Shown here one piece after another: positions 8,550 to 18,185 of a stretch of DNA of 26,243 bases. This stretch comes from Alphaproteobacteria bacterium (GTDB taxonomy: Bacteria; Pseudomonadota; Alphaproteobacteria; UBA7887). Position numbers and translations under genes: made by a program. The notes under the pieces were generated by a model. That model was given only the letters and a program-made list of their open reading frames with translations. It made no database searches and was not told the origin of the DNA. The first letter of the stretch is position 1, and the number at the start of each line of letters is the position of its first letter. The DNA lies in NCBI GenBank assembly GCA_965216755.1, contig CBDCGL010000009.1, positions 1-26,243 on the forward strand, given 5' to 3'.

Positions 8550-10931
8550 TCAATTCATCTTGTAGTTGCCGACGACGCGCTCCAATCGGATGTATTGGAC
8601 CTCTAGTCCTTCGGCATCAACGGCCCTCTGGCGCACCTTATCTTTTCGGTCTTTCAGCGCGCTCGCTGGTATACGGGCGCCTTTGCCGAGGCGCTCAAGA
8701 TCGGGAATATCTTCGAACCTCGGGACCTCGCCTGAGTTTTTAAAATGCGCCATCGCCTTTTGTTCCCACCCCGGCGCCGAGCGCGGATAGCGGATGAAGT
8801 GGCGCAACACTTTCAGCCAATCGACCGCAGTGCCCTTCGAAGGTGAGCTGACCTCGTCAAGAAAGATATGCAGGACAGAAAGCGAGGCCACACTCGCCAT
8901 CACCCGCGCGTCATTGAAGAAGGGTGAAGCATCCACTGTGTCCTTTGACATCAGCGAGTGCGACCCGATGATTTCGTCGTTCGCCCCATTTTGTGTGATG
9001 TCGTCGAAGATATGGCCGCCCTTGTTGAATGCGACGATCTTTTTGTCGCTTTCGTCGCGCTCCTTCTGCAACTTCACGGCAAACTGCATCAGAAGCCCCC
9101 CGGCACCGGGCGCATACCTGTGGGATTTTTCTGAAACCGCATCGATCTCGAAGGCCCGGTCCATTGCTTGTCGGCTGCTCGGACCAATCATCCCACACTC
9201 TTGTAGGAACCTCATGCCGACTTTGTATCCGCTCTCAACCTTTCCATCGTGTTGCTGGACGGGCTCGAGCGCTTTTTCGTGTCGCTTTTGTTGAGCGTCC
9301 ATTTCCACGTCCTCGTCCTGCTTGGGCGGCTTTTTGCCCGGGGCGAGGGGCCATTGCAGCGGTGGGACGTTAGCGGAGAGCCTCTCGCGCTCGTCTTCAA
9401 ACATCAGCGTAAGCACGAGAGGTATCCATTCTCGGAGGACGTCCTTGCCGATCAATTTTGCCTTTTCGCGGTCGACCGTTGCTGCGAACGCTGCGAGTTG
9501 CGCACCGTCTTTGAGGTCATCAGGGACAGTGACACCACGGTCTTGGGCAGCCTTGCGATAAAGCTCGCGACCACCTGGAGAGCTTGCGATGAAATTCTGA
9601 ACCGCGCAGAAAAATGCCGCGGGCAGAGGATCACCGGACCCGGCGTCGTCCTCAGACGCCGAGTCTGAGCGGTGGAATTTGGCCTCGAGATTTTCCAATG
9701 CGCCCAAAAGCGTGTGTGCAGTGTCCTGCTGGGAGGGAAATGCCGGATACGCCATCTCGAGGTTTAAAGTCGCGGGTTTTTTCGAGGGTGTTCCGCCGCT
9801 GCTTCCTCGAGTGCCTGGATCGTACACGGGGTAATGCAGTCGCCGAAACAGGCGCCGCTGGAATTCCACCTTGCGCTCGCTTGCAGACGGTTCCGGATCA
9901 CGGCGTGGCGTATCTGTTTGCTCGAGCCTTTCGGACTCTAGCGCCTCGAGGACGAACCGGTGCACAAAAGTCTCTTCGGTCTCGGTGGCCTGCTTGGGCG
10001 GGGTGTGTGTCACAAGACGGTTCAGCTCGACAACGTTGGAATGAAAGAACCAATCCTCGACGCTGTGTAAGATTTTGCCCAAGCGCACCAACAAAATTTG
10101 TCGCGTGTCGATCTCCGAGGGCTTTAGCCTCCGCCACGTCGCTTCAATATCGCTCAATCCGTCCGCAAGATACGGGATATAGGCATTGTCTACCGCCGCC
10201 ATGATCCCGCTTTCGTCCGTGAGGGTTTTTTGGCGGCGGCTCACACCGTACCACTTCTTAACTCGAGGTCGTTTGCTAGCATCCCAGACATAAGGCGGCA
10301 AATCGGTGTGCTCATGCGGGTAATACTGGGTGAAGAACCGCTCGTAGACCTCAGAAACCCGCGATTCGGGAATGGGATCAATCTGCCCCCAAGGGCCGGG
10401 CAGGTCCTCGGCCGCCTCGTCGGAAAAAACCATCAAGGTAATGCCTTCAATGAAGTGCCGAAAAAACTCACCGACAAATCCAAACTCTTCATTCGTCCGA
10501 CGCCGTTCCTCCGGCCCGACTAAAGGAACCCCAAGCATTTGGTCCAGCCAGTCGCCGAGATCCAAAAGCTCGGCCAGAATCTGGGGCGAAATGGCCGCGC
10601 CAAGGAGACCTCCAAGTGCACTTGCGCCGGCAAGTTTGGATTTGCCAAGCGCTTGAGACACAATGGCGCCGATCCCGCCAAGGGCAGCCAATGCGATGCG
10701 CGCAGGTGTCGCGATTTCGCCAGCTCCCGGCAGCACGTTCTCTTTCCAAATCGTGCGTTTGGCGAGGATGTACCAAACCGGATCCCGGAACTGCGAGACG
10801 TCCGTGAGAAAATTGCCGTACTCAAGATATGTCAGGTCCTCGTAACGGATCGATGCGCGGTCGAGCAGGGCCCGCGGAATCGCATCCCTCGTGTTAAAAT
10901 AAATGTTGCGGTGGCGGGCAATGTCGCCCAT
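8550..10931 (-). CDS. Het-C (heterokaryon incompatibility C) family protein, Zn-dependent phospholipase C-like fold, 793 aa
   Basis: Four Het-C motifs in the expected order: YGNFLTDVSQ (cf. YFGNWLRDYSQ), YYPHEHTD (cf. YRPEEHID), LGKILHSVEDWFFHSNVVEL (cf. LGQALHCLEDFxAHSNYxEL), SHSLMSKD (cf. THSMLSKD). GGAAGGT SD; no signal peptide. Confidence 0.82.
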   Translation of the reverse strand: MGDIARHRNIYFNTRDAIPRALLDRASIRYEDLTYLEYGNFLTDVSQFRDPVWYILAKRTIWKENVLPGAGEIATPARIALAALGGIGAIVSQALGKSKLAGASALGGLLGAAISPQILAELLDLGDWLDQMLGVPLVGPEERRRTNEEFGFVGEFFRHFIEGITLMVFSDEAAEDLPGPWGQIDPIPESRVSEVYERFFTQYYPHEHTDLPPYVWDASKRPRVKKWYGVSRRQKTLTDESGIMAAVDNAYIPYLADGLSDIEATWRRLKPSEIDTRQILLVRLGKILHSVEDWFFHSNVVELNRLVTHTPPKQATETEETFVHRFVLEALESERLEQTDTPRRDPEPSASERKVEFQRRLFRRLHYPVYDPGTRGSSGGTPSKKPATLNLEMAYPAFPSQQDTAHTLLGALENLEAKFHRSDSASEDDAGSGDPLPAAFFCAVQNFIASSPGGRELYRKAAQDRGVTVPDDLKDGAQLAAFAATVDREKAKLIGKDVLREWIPLVLTLMFEDERERLSANVPPLQWPLAPGKKPPKQDEDVEMDAQQKRHEKALEPVQQHDGKVESGYKVGMRFLQECGMIGPSSRQAMDRAFEIDAVSEKSHRYAPGAGGLLMQFAVKLQKERDESDKKIVAFNKGGHIFDDITQNGANDEIIGSHSLMSKDTVDASPFFNDARVMASVASLSVLHIFLDEVSSPSKGTAVDWLKVLRHFIRYPRSAPGWEQKAMAHFKNSGEVPRFEDIPDLERLGKGARIPASALKDRKDKVRQRAVDAEGLEVQYIRLERVVGNYKMN

Positions 10932-10960
10932 CGCCGACTACCTTCCCGAACCGACGAGGA

Positions 10961-13900
10961 TCACGCCTCCACCCACTCGCCTGTAGCCGGATCCTGCATC
11001 CATACCGGCAGCTTGTCGTCGGCGCGCAGGTTTACAAGCGTCGTCGGAATGCGGACCGTCCATGAATCGCCTTGCGGGATTTCTTCGCCTGGTCGGTCGA
11101 GTCGCTCAGCGATTTCTTCAGCGATCGGCAAATAGAGCGGGTTGGAAATTGCCGGCAAGGGACCCCCATTCCAGATTTCGCCAAAGGTCATGAAGTGATC
11201 AATTGCACCCTCAAATCCCGGTCGCACCGGAACCACCGCGCGGCAGTATCCCGACTTCAAGAACTGGTTGAAGATCGGATCGGGATCGTCATAGGCAAGG
11301 CGATCGCGCCATTGGATCTTCCGCCCCCAGAAGTAGGGGTAGGTGAGCCAGGTCATCTGCTCCCATTCGAATGCTTGCTCAAAGAACCGAACGTAGGGAC
11401 CTTCCGCCTCGTTCTGAAAGAGATCGATCTGCTCGACCCCATGTCCACCCACATCAATGGCGTCGAACAAGTCGAAATGCTGTTCGGTTAGTATTGAGAT
11501 GCAGTGCTTCTTCAGCTCGTCTTTCATGAGCTCAAGATTGAGGGCGGGGTTCATCCCCTCAATCTCAACGCCAGCCTGAACCTCAAGCGCCTTTAGCTCC
11601 TCCTCGTATTCCGCCGTGCGCGCGCGGAATGCCGTTGTCAGCTTGGCGTGGGTGTCGATTTGCCAGGTCTTGTAGGCGCGCTCGGTTCGACGACACTTGA
11701 TCTCGATCGCCATCGCCATATCGCCCACCAAGTCAGTGACAACCGCAATGGGAAGGCTACCGGTTTCATCGTTTAGTGGGGTGCTCCACACCCAGCCGTT
11801 GCCTTCACGGAAACGGTGAGCCCTTGATCCAACGATCACGTCGACAATCGCGTTGTCGTCCCAAATTGTGCGTACGCAGCCAACGGTTGCGTGGATCGCG
11901 CGATAACCATCGTCGATGGCAATCTGTGCCGAATGAGAGAACTCGACGTCCTCGTCTTCGGCATTGGCGTTATGATCATGCGACTTGGTGAGATAAAGCT
12001 CTGGCGGTGGTTCAACGTCCGTTGCGCCATATTGCTGCACCCAGCCGGTATAGTTGCTCTCGTGGATCTGGTCGGGACGGAGCGTGAACGGCGTGGGCTT
12101 TTCAAGCTCAAGCGCATTAGCATGCCCATTTTGCATCGCTGAAATCAAAAACGCCGCTGGCTCCGGCACCATAAAGTCGTACATCATGCGGATGCCATAG
12201 TTGAACATCTGCGCCTGATAGACCTTGTTAACCCACTGATAGACACCTGAGATGTGCCCGCTGCCGGAGGTGTTGTCGACGCCGTGCGTGTTCTTTTCGA
12301 TCACCTCATTGGTGACCTTGAGCGAAGCGCGTTGCAACAAGCGCTCGGTGACTTTCGTCGCACTACGTTCGGTGACATCTTGCGAAAACAGCGACGCGGA
12401 TTTGGTGGCCTCCTCCTTGCTGGAGGTAAACGACGCCTCAGCGGAGGCTGAGAACTCGACCGTGGGCCCGTATTTGCCCGAGAGTGTCAGCCCACCTTTG
12501 ACGGACGCGTCTTCTTTCAGTGTCTTGCTGGCTTCCTGGGACATCTCAAAGCGCGTCGTTGATTCAAGCTCGCGCTCTTCCGAAGTGGTTGTCTCGGTCT
12601 CAACAAACGTGAATTCCTCGGTCTCGCGACGATGGGTGTGCTCTCGCGACTTGCTTTCGCCTTTCAGCACATTCTCGATATGAGCAACGTCAGCGCCCTC
12701 GTAACGCACGAGCTGCTGTTTGACGACGAGAAGATCGGCGACTCCAGCGGGAGCAAGATCGCCATGAGAGATCGGGACTCTCAAATCCACGGGGAATAAA
12801 AAACCCCCAGGCTTCGTCACATTGCCGACAACGATCTCGTTCCAAACGCTGGCCTGTGGTGTCGATATCATCACCATTTTGGTGCCAACGCGCTTGAAGG
12901 TGCGGTTGACCGCGCGTCCAAGCTCGGTGTCGAGCTCGCCGCTCAGATCCGCGATCTCCGCTCTGAGGGCGCGGACGATGTCATCGAGCGGGTGCTCGGT
13001 AACACGCAGGTTCCTTTCGATCAGGATTTCAAAGGTGTCTTTGCTCAGACGTTTGTTCGCACTCTCTTTAAGTCGGAACCCAACGTTCTTTAGAGGCTCG
13101 AGCTTAAACGCAGGTGACCCACGTAAGAGTGTCCGAGCGGCAGGCAAAACTTCGCGCTGAAATCTGCCATCGTGGGTTATCCCTTTTGCGGTCTCATGCC
13201 CGCGTTCAATCGGGCGACCGACCTCGGCGAGCGAAATGTCGAGCTTGGTCAGACTGCGGCGGATCTCCATGTCTTCGAGCAAAACGTTGATCGGGCGCGC
13301 TGCATCCGGAAGCAAGAACCCATCATGGTCTTCTTGCGGCGTCGCCCGAATAGCGTCGGTCCCAAGCTCAGTGAGTTCGTTCACCGCGTCTGCGAGGCGC
13401 CGATAGAGGTCGAGGTGCACTTCCGCTTTTTTGCGCCGCTTTTCGTCCTCGGCCTTCTGTTTCTCGGCCAGTTCGCTGTGGTGCTGCCGCGTCGACAAAA
13501 TCGACTTTAGATCGGTCTCTCCGGGCAACTGCAAAGTTCTGCGTCGGAAGGCGCGCATGGCTTTGCCGGTAGCCGGAAACGCCCCATCCAAAGCAACCTT
13601 CTCGATCACCTCCAAATCGCGCAGAATATCGGCAAGCTGCTGGATGGGTCGCTGATGCTCCTCAGGCACGAGCTTAATCGCGATCAGGCTGTCTTTGAGT
13701 GCGGTAGCCAGGCCGTCGAGGACCCCAGAGCCGCGGAGATCCGCTGGCGTCTGTCCAAAGGCAGTTTTCACTGCATCGCTCACTTGCGCGTTGGTAAGAG
13801 TATCCCGGGCTTCAAGCTGATCGAGTGCGGCGCTCAGAGCGGCAACTGCCTCGCCGCGGCCTCCAATATCCTTGCTTCCGAAAAAGGACGACGAGGCTAT

Positions 13901-14068
13901 ATAGGTTTTCGCGACACTTTTCATCGCATCGCGGCGGCCGGAACTTTGGGCCTGCGCCCTGGCAAGCGAGGCTTGGAAATCGGTGTTCTGAACGAGCAAT
14001 ACTCGTGGCGGTTCGTCGTCTCCTTGATCAGCTGGGCGCGTCAGAACAAAGCGAAAAAGATGTTCCAT
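10961..14068 (-). CDS. Large uncharacterized protein, 1035 aa; candidate beta-pore-forming or translocon component
   Basis: Intact ORF with AGGA SD, 29 bp upstream of the Het-C gene. Helical N-terminal region, then motif-like blocks (GVADLLVVKQQL..YE..VAHIENVLKGE, HISGVYQWVNK, YDFMVPEPA, FFEQAFEW, YPYFW) around an S/T/E-rich extended segment. The CDS is solid; the function is inferred. Confidence 0.85.
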   Translation of the reverse strand: MEHLFRFVLTRPADQGDDEPPRVLLVQNTDFQASLARAQAQSSGRRDAMKSVAKTYIASSSFFGSKDIGGRGEAVAALSAALDQLEARDTLTNAQVSDAVKTAFGQTPADLRGSGVLDGLATALKDSLIAIKLVPEEHQRPIQQLADILRDLEVIEKVALDGAFPATGKAMRAFRRRTLQLPGETDLKSILSTRQHHSELAEKQKAEDEKRRKKAEVHLDLYRRLADAVNELTELGTDAIRATPQEDHDGFLLPDAARPINVLLEDMEIRRSLTKLDISLAEVGRPIERGHETAKGITHDGRFQREVLPAARTLLRGSPAFKLEPLKNVGFRLKESANKRLSKDTFEILIERNLRVTEHPLDDIVRALRAEIADLSGELDTELGRAVNRTFKRVGTKMVMISTPQASVWNEIVVGNVTKPGGFLFPVDLRVPISHGDLAPAGVADLLVVKQQLVRYEGADVAHIENVLKGESKSREHTHRRETEEFTFVETETTTSEERELESTTRFEMSQEASKTLKEDASVKGGLTLSGKYGPTVEFSASAEASFTSSKEEATKSASLFSQDVTERSATKVTERLLQRASLKVTNEVIEKNTHGVDNTSGSGHISGVYQWVNKVYQAQMFNYGIRMMYDFMVPEPAAFLISAMQNGHANALELEKPTPFTLRPDQIHESNYTGWVQQYGATDVEPPPELYLTKSHDHNANAEDEDVEFSHSAQIAIDDGYRAIHATVGCVRTIWDDNAIVDVIVGSRAHRFREGNGWVWSTPLNDETGSLPIAVVTDLVGDMAMAIEIKCRRTERAYKTWQIDTHAKLTTAFRARTAEYEEELKALEVQAGVEIEGMNPALNLELMKDELKKHCISILTEQHFDLFDAIDVGGHGVEQIDLFQNEAEGPYVRFFEQAFEWEQMTWLTYPYFWGRKIQWRDRLAYDDPDPIFNQFLKSGYCRAVVPVRPGFEGAIDHFMTFGEIWNGGPLPAISNPLYLPIAEEIAERLDRPGEEIPQGDSWTVRIPTTLVNLRADDKLPVWMQDPATGEWVEA

Positions 14069-14132
14069 GGAGGTTTCCTAATTTTCTTTCCCTGGGTCTC
14101 CCCGCGCAAATCAAAGCAGCAATAACACGCGT

Positions 14133-14462
14133 TGTCCGTCGTCAGAGTTATTGAGACAGGGGGCTGTCTAATTTAAGAGAGACCCTAGCCGATCAGATTG
14201 ATAAATATTAGGCGGCTATGTTGCTATGTTGCAAGCGTCGTTGTTCGATGGTGTGGCGTTTGATCCTTTCCCTTTCCAGCAGAATGACCTGGCCGCGTCC
14301 GAAATAGACGTCGGCGGGCGTGAGATTGCGCAGCTCCAAGGTACTGGATCTTTTTGTGTCCCCAATGTCTGCCTCATCTCGTCTCCTTGCCGATTACGAT
14401 GCGCCAGAAACTATCTCTTATGCAATCAGTTCAGTTTGTCTCACATGATCTGACGGGGAACA
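14133..14462 (-). mobile_element. 330-bp internally deleted IS3/IS481-like element (MITE-like)
   Basis: Terminal IRs TGTCCGTCGTCAGAGTTATTGAGACA and TGTTCCCCGTCAGATCATGTGAGACA (18/26). Retains the transposase start (MRQTLGTQKDP, ATG 14377, AAGGAG SD) joined out of frame to the transposase end (NLTPADVYFGRG..RERIKRHTIEQRRLQH..AA*, stop 14208). No target duplication seen. Confidence 0.85.
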
Positions 14463-16901
14463 TCATCGGCCGGGGGTTCCACTAACCGCATTCGTCATTG
14501 CAGGCTCTGTGGCATTATCCAATCGGAGAACCCAGGCGCCCCTACCCTGTGTTCCTGCCACGAGAAGATTGTCGGCAGCGTCATAAACAAGATCAAGTAC
14601 CTTGGAGTTGGGCAACCCATCGCCAAGCTCCGACCATGTCAGCGGTGCAGGGAATGTCGCATGAAAAACGCCGCGATCCGTTCCGATTGCGATCGTCCCT
14701 TGATCTGTGTCCTCACCGTCTAAATAGGCCACAGATCGAATTCGTCCCGGATCGAGGGTCGCCAGTTGTCCTGTTTCGTCTGTCCAAGTTTGCCCGCCAT
14801 CAGTCGTCAGAAACACGTGCCGAGTATCGACGACCACGAGACGATTTGCGGCACTCGGGTCAAGGGCCAAGTCTCTAATGGTTCGCGTGCCGGGGTAGGA
14901 CGGCAGGCGAGAAAGCGTCTGCGGGTAAGCGGCATGCCGAGCAAACACATGACTGCCATCAGCGACATAGATTACCTCTTCGTTGTCTTCGGCTCCGTAA
15001 TCAATCGGGTTTGTCCCACTGCGAAACCATTGCACAAAAATGTCTGGTCCTACGCGAAAGAGAGTATCCCCTTGATCCAGGCTTTCATAAATGCCATTGA
15101 CGCCGGCAAATAGGATGCGGGTCGCATCGGCATTGTTTAGGTGAACAGGTGTGTAGAAAGTGGCAAATCGCCGGAAGGTTTCGACCGCCGCCGGAATAAT
15201 AAGAAGCTGGGGCCGGGTCTGTATCACCGTGAACCCATTAGGTGAGCGCCTTCGAACAAAGCGTGTAAACCTGCCGAGTTTCTGGAAACTCGCATAGACA
15301 ATTGAAACATCTGTGCTTGATGTATCGTCAACGGCGACGACACCGCCGTCCCCGCCGAGAATTCCGCGCCATTTGGGATGGTCGGGGATGAATTGTGCTG
15401 GAACGCCATTGTCCTGAGCGCCCCCGACAATCACATCAAAGTTCGAGTCCCACGACACGCTGTGGAACTCCGTATTCGTTAAGTTGCCATTAAGCGACAG
15501 CCAATCACCATTGCGTATCCAATCATCGCCAGACTCTCGAGGCATGGTCCGGCGGTAAATGCCGCCGTCGTTTACTTCAAGCAGATTCCCATCCACCGAG
15601 AATGCCATGTCGCGAGAGTCAGGGTGGGGCGCGCTTCCGCTGCGCGTATTCACGTGGGTAATGGCCTTGGCCTGTTCTCCGCTTTGGGCATTTGCATCGA
15701 CCATGAAAAGGCGACCACTGTACGCACGTGCTCCTAAAGCGTTCGGAAATTGGGGGCCGGTCTGAACACCGTCTTCCTCTCGCCTATCCGGCTGCCGGTC
15801 TCCCCCGACATAGACCACGTTTCCTTCCCGCGGATCAGCCACGATCGAGAAATGAATTTCCCCCTGCCCGCCTGGATGAATCCCGGAAAACCTGAAAAAG
15901 GCGCCGCTCGTCCCTGGCAGATCAAGCGAATTCCAAGTATCGCCTTGATCGCGAGAATGAAACAGCGCGCGCAACTTCCCTTGGTTGCTAATCAGTCCGA
16001 CGAACACATTGTCGTCTAGTCCGGCCGCAAACTCGACGTTTGCTGCACCGCCGGCGAGAATCGCGTCGATGACTGCATTACTAATCTTCGTCCACGTCGC
16101 CCCAGAGTTGTCGCTCCTGTAAAGGCCTTGCGTTCCAGCGTTCGTGTAGAGCACGTTCAGATTCGTTGAGGTCCCAACAAGATCAAAGGACTCTCCTTCC
16201 GGCAAACCAGAATTGTGCATGCCGGAGATGCGTGCCCATGTCAGCCCCAAATTTTCGCTCCGCCAAACGCCGGGCGGCGGCGAAGTGGACAAATCCGGCT
16301 CACCCTGATCGACAAATTCTCGCGGCGGATTTCGGCTAGACAAAACGAGTGTGTCGCCCCTGGCCGCGACACCTGTGACATCTAGGCCGCGGATAGCGCC
16401 GCCGCCATCAACGCTGTCCCAGGTGAGGCCACCGTCTCGGGTGTGAATCAGTCCAACGCGATCTCCGCCGACATTGAGATAGGCGCTGATTTTTCCTGTG
16501 CCTGCTAAAAGCGTGAGATGGCTGGCGTCAGTGGGATCAAATTCAAGTGCACTAATGGATAGCGATGTGCCCAATGACTGAGAAATTTCATCAGTCATGT
16601 TCGTCCAATTTGGACTTGTATTCTGTGCATCCTGAGTCCGCCAGACCCCTCCGTTCACGGTACCAACGTAGATGGTGTTATTGTCGGTGGGGTGAGGCGC
16701 GACGTCGTGCACTGAGCCGACCACCTCGTTGCCCGGGACGTTCTCTATGTTGCGACCCAGGCTGGGGGAAGGCCCATGCTTAACCCAGAGCAACTCCTGC
16801 GCGGACGCGGTGGTGACAGACGTCCAAGCAATCAAAATGAAAAATCCGCGCAAGAACTCACGACCTCTATTGCGTGCGGAATACGGCATCGACGATTGCA
16901 T
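14463..16901 (-). CDS. Secreted BNR/Asp-box beta-propeller protein (sialidase/VPS10-like fold), 812 aa
   Basis: Signal peptide ending TASA-QE. Repeated Asp-boxes: TRDGGLTW, SENLGLTW, SDNSGATW, SRDQGDTW, SLDQGDT, TTDGGQTW. Ends the domain with LVAGTQGRGAW. Confidence 0.9.
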   Translation of the reverse strand: MQSSMPYSARNRGREFLRGFFILIAWTSVTTASAQELLWVKHGPSPSLGRNIENVPGNEVVGSVHDVAPHPTDNNTIYVGTVNGGVWRTQDAQNTSPNWTNMTDEISQSLGTSLSISALEFDPTDASHLTLLAGTGKISAYLNVGGDRVGLIHTRDGGLTWDSVDGGGAIRGLDVTGVAARGDTLVLSSRNPPREFVDQGEPDLSTSPPPGVWRSENLGLTWARISGMHNSGLPEGESFDLVGTSTNLNVLYTNAGTQGLYRSDNSGATWTKISNAVIDAILAGGAANVEFAAGLDDNVFVGLISNQGKLRALFHSRDQGDTWNSLDLPGTSGAFFRFSGIHPGGQGEIHFSIVADPREGNVVYVGGDRQPDRREEDGVQTGPQFPNALGARAYSGRLFMVDANAQSGEQAKAITHVNTRSGSAPHPDSRDMAFSVDGNLLEVNDGGIYRRTMPRESGDDWIRNGDWLSLNGNLTNTEFHSVSWDSNFDVIVGGAQDNGVPAQFIPDHPKWRGILGGDGGVVAVDDTSSTDVSIVYASFQKLGRFTRFVRRRSPNGFTVIQTRPQLLIIPAAVETFRRFATFYTPVHLNNADATRILFAGVNGIYESLDQGDTLFRVGPDIFVQWFRSGTNPIDYGAEDNEEVIYVADGSHVFARHAAYPQTLSRLPSYPGTRTIRDLALDPSAANRLVVVDTRHVFLTTDGGQTWTDETGQLATLDPGRIRSVAYLDGEDTDQGTIAIGTDRGVFHATFPAPLTWSELGDGLPNSKVLDLVYDAADNLLVAGTQGRGAWVLRLDNATEPAMTNAVSGTPGR

Positions 16902-16971
16902 AAGACCATCCCGTGTGTGCTAAGTGTTTGCTAATTGCCCCTCGGATTCGCGATGATAGTGTGTGCCGCGT

Positions 16972-18033
16972 TTACTGGGGTATCGGGCCTTGATACCTTG
17001 TGTCTCGAATCGAGGCTGCCCACAGCTCCTCGGTTGAGCTCAAATCAATGGCACGTATCCGCAGCGGCTGCTCGCTGACCTCTTGCTCAGTGACGGTCGT
17101 TGACGCGCCCTCTTCGAACAGGACGATGTTGTTGGTTATGTAAAAGGGCGTAATGGCCCGATGATTGCGCAGTTCGCCAATGACCTGTTCTTGTTCTAAA
17201 CTATAAAACTGCCACCGATACTTTTCGAAAACATTGTCATCGTCTATGCGCTGGCTGACAAGTACGTGGCGCCCATCGACCGACAAAAATTGTACGCCTG
17301 GTAGATCAGGTACGCGGTCGCTTTCGGACATGATAACAACGTTCCGGCGGGTAAGCCGGTCCGTGATCTGGGGGTCAGCAGCTGCCGGGGTCGGGATCCC
17401 GGAAACCGCATTGCTTGACAGGTTCAGGCGAAACCGCCCACTGGTCTCCACACGACCAACATCGGTGGCCGCCGCGCCGCGCGCCGCGGTTGGCGCCGAC
17501 TGTCCCTCACCGGGTACGCTGTCTCCCGGCAGGGCGGTAACATAGTCGCTAGGATAAAATTGCCAATCAAAATCAACGTTGCCGGCGTCCGCCCGGCCGG
17601 AAATTGCGAACTCACCGGTTTGTGTTGCATCAACAGTCGGCGCAACATTTTCGGGCAGCGGGACCGAGGTTAACTCTGCGCTTGCTCCGGCTTCGGTAAC
17701 ATCTAGGTATACCATGTCAAGTTGCCCAGATGCCGCTTCGGCTGTTTGTGCAATCAACGTCTCTCCGGATAGGGCCAGTGGCTTGGCAGCTTCGTTGGAA
17801 CGCCATGCAATTGTTCCGCTATCGATATGTACAGCGTCAATGGCATTATCTGGCTTCATGAGATAGACCAGTGCGCGATCGAGGTCGATGATAACCCCGG
17901 CCCGTAACTCGACGGCCATCTCACTATTTGGTTGTGCTTGAACTGAATCAATGGGGGTCACGGCAAACGCTATGGCCAGCCACACAACCACCGACAAATA
18001 GCCACCACGGGAAGTCCGACCGATGCGACACAC
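16972..18033 (-). CDS. Secreted hypothetical protein, probably beta-propeller (PQQ-like), 353 aa
   Basis: GGAG SD before GTG; signal peptide VVVWLAIAFAVTPIDSVQA-Q; AVHIDSGTIAW and AIDLSSTEELW resemble PQQ-type blade motifs. Confidence 0.78.
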   Translation of the reverse strand: MCRIGRTSRGGYLSVVVWLAIAFAVTPIDSVQAQPNSEMAVELRAGVIIDLDRALVYLMKPDNAIDAVHIDSGTIAWRSNEAAKPLALSGETLIAQTAEAASGQLDMVYLDVTEAGASAELTSVPLPENVAPTVDATQTGEFAISGRADAGNVDFDWQFYPSDYVTALPGDSVPGEGQSAPTAARGAAATDVGRVETSGRFRLNLSSNAVSGIPTPAAADPQITDRLTRRNVVIMSESDRVPDLPGVQFLSVDGRHVLVSQRIDDDNVFEKYRWQFYSLEQEQVIGELRNHRAITPFYITNNIVLFEEGASTTVTEQEVSEQPLRIRAIDLSSTEELWAASIRDTRYQGPIPQ

Positions 18034-18169
18034 GCTAGCGCTCCACTCTTACACGTAGATGATCCAGAGGTCGCCCCGACCCCCCGATCACGCAGTTCGC
18101 GGAACCAGGCATCTAGGACCTCTGACACTGATGCGCGTCAAAAATACCGACGGATCGGGAATGATTACA

Positions 18170-18185
18170 CTACCCGATCGGGTAG
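18170..18185. promoter_or_regulatory. lux-box-like palindrome, copy 1
   Basis: Perfect 16-bp CTACCCGATCGGGTAG followed directly by GTGACG; in a divergent intergenic region. Confidence 0.8.

Noticed and set aside
8566-14154. Numerous 60-200 aa plus-strand ORFs opposite the large genes
   Set aside because: These are antisense or alternative-frame ORFs expected in GC-rich coding DNA.
14226-14453. 75-aa plus-strand ORF MLQASLFDG..
   Set aside because: It is the antisense reading of the deleted IS element.
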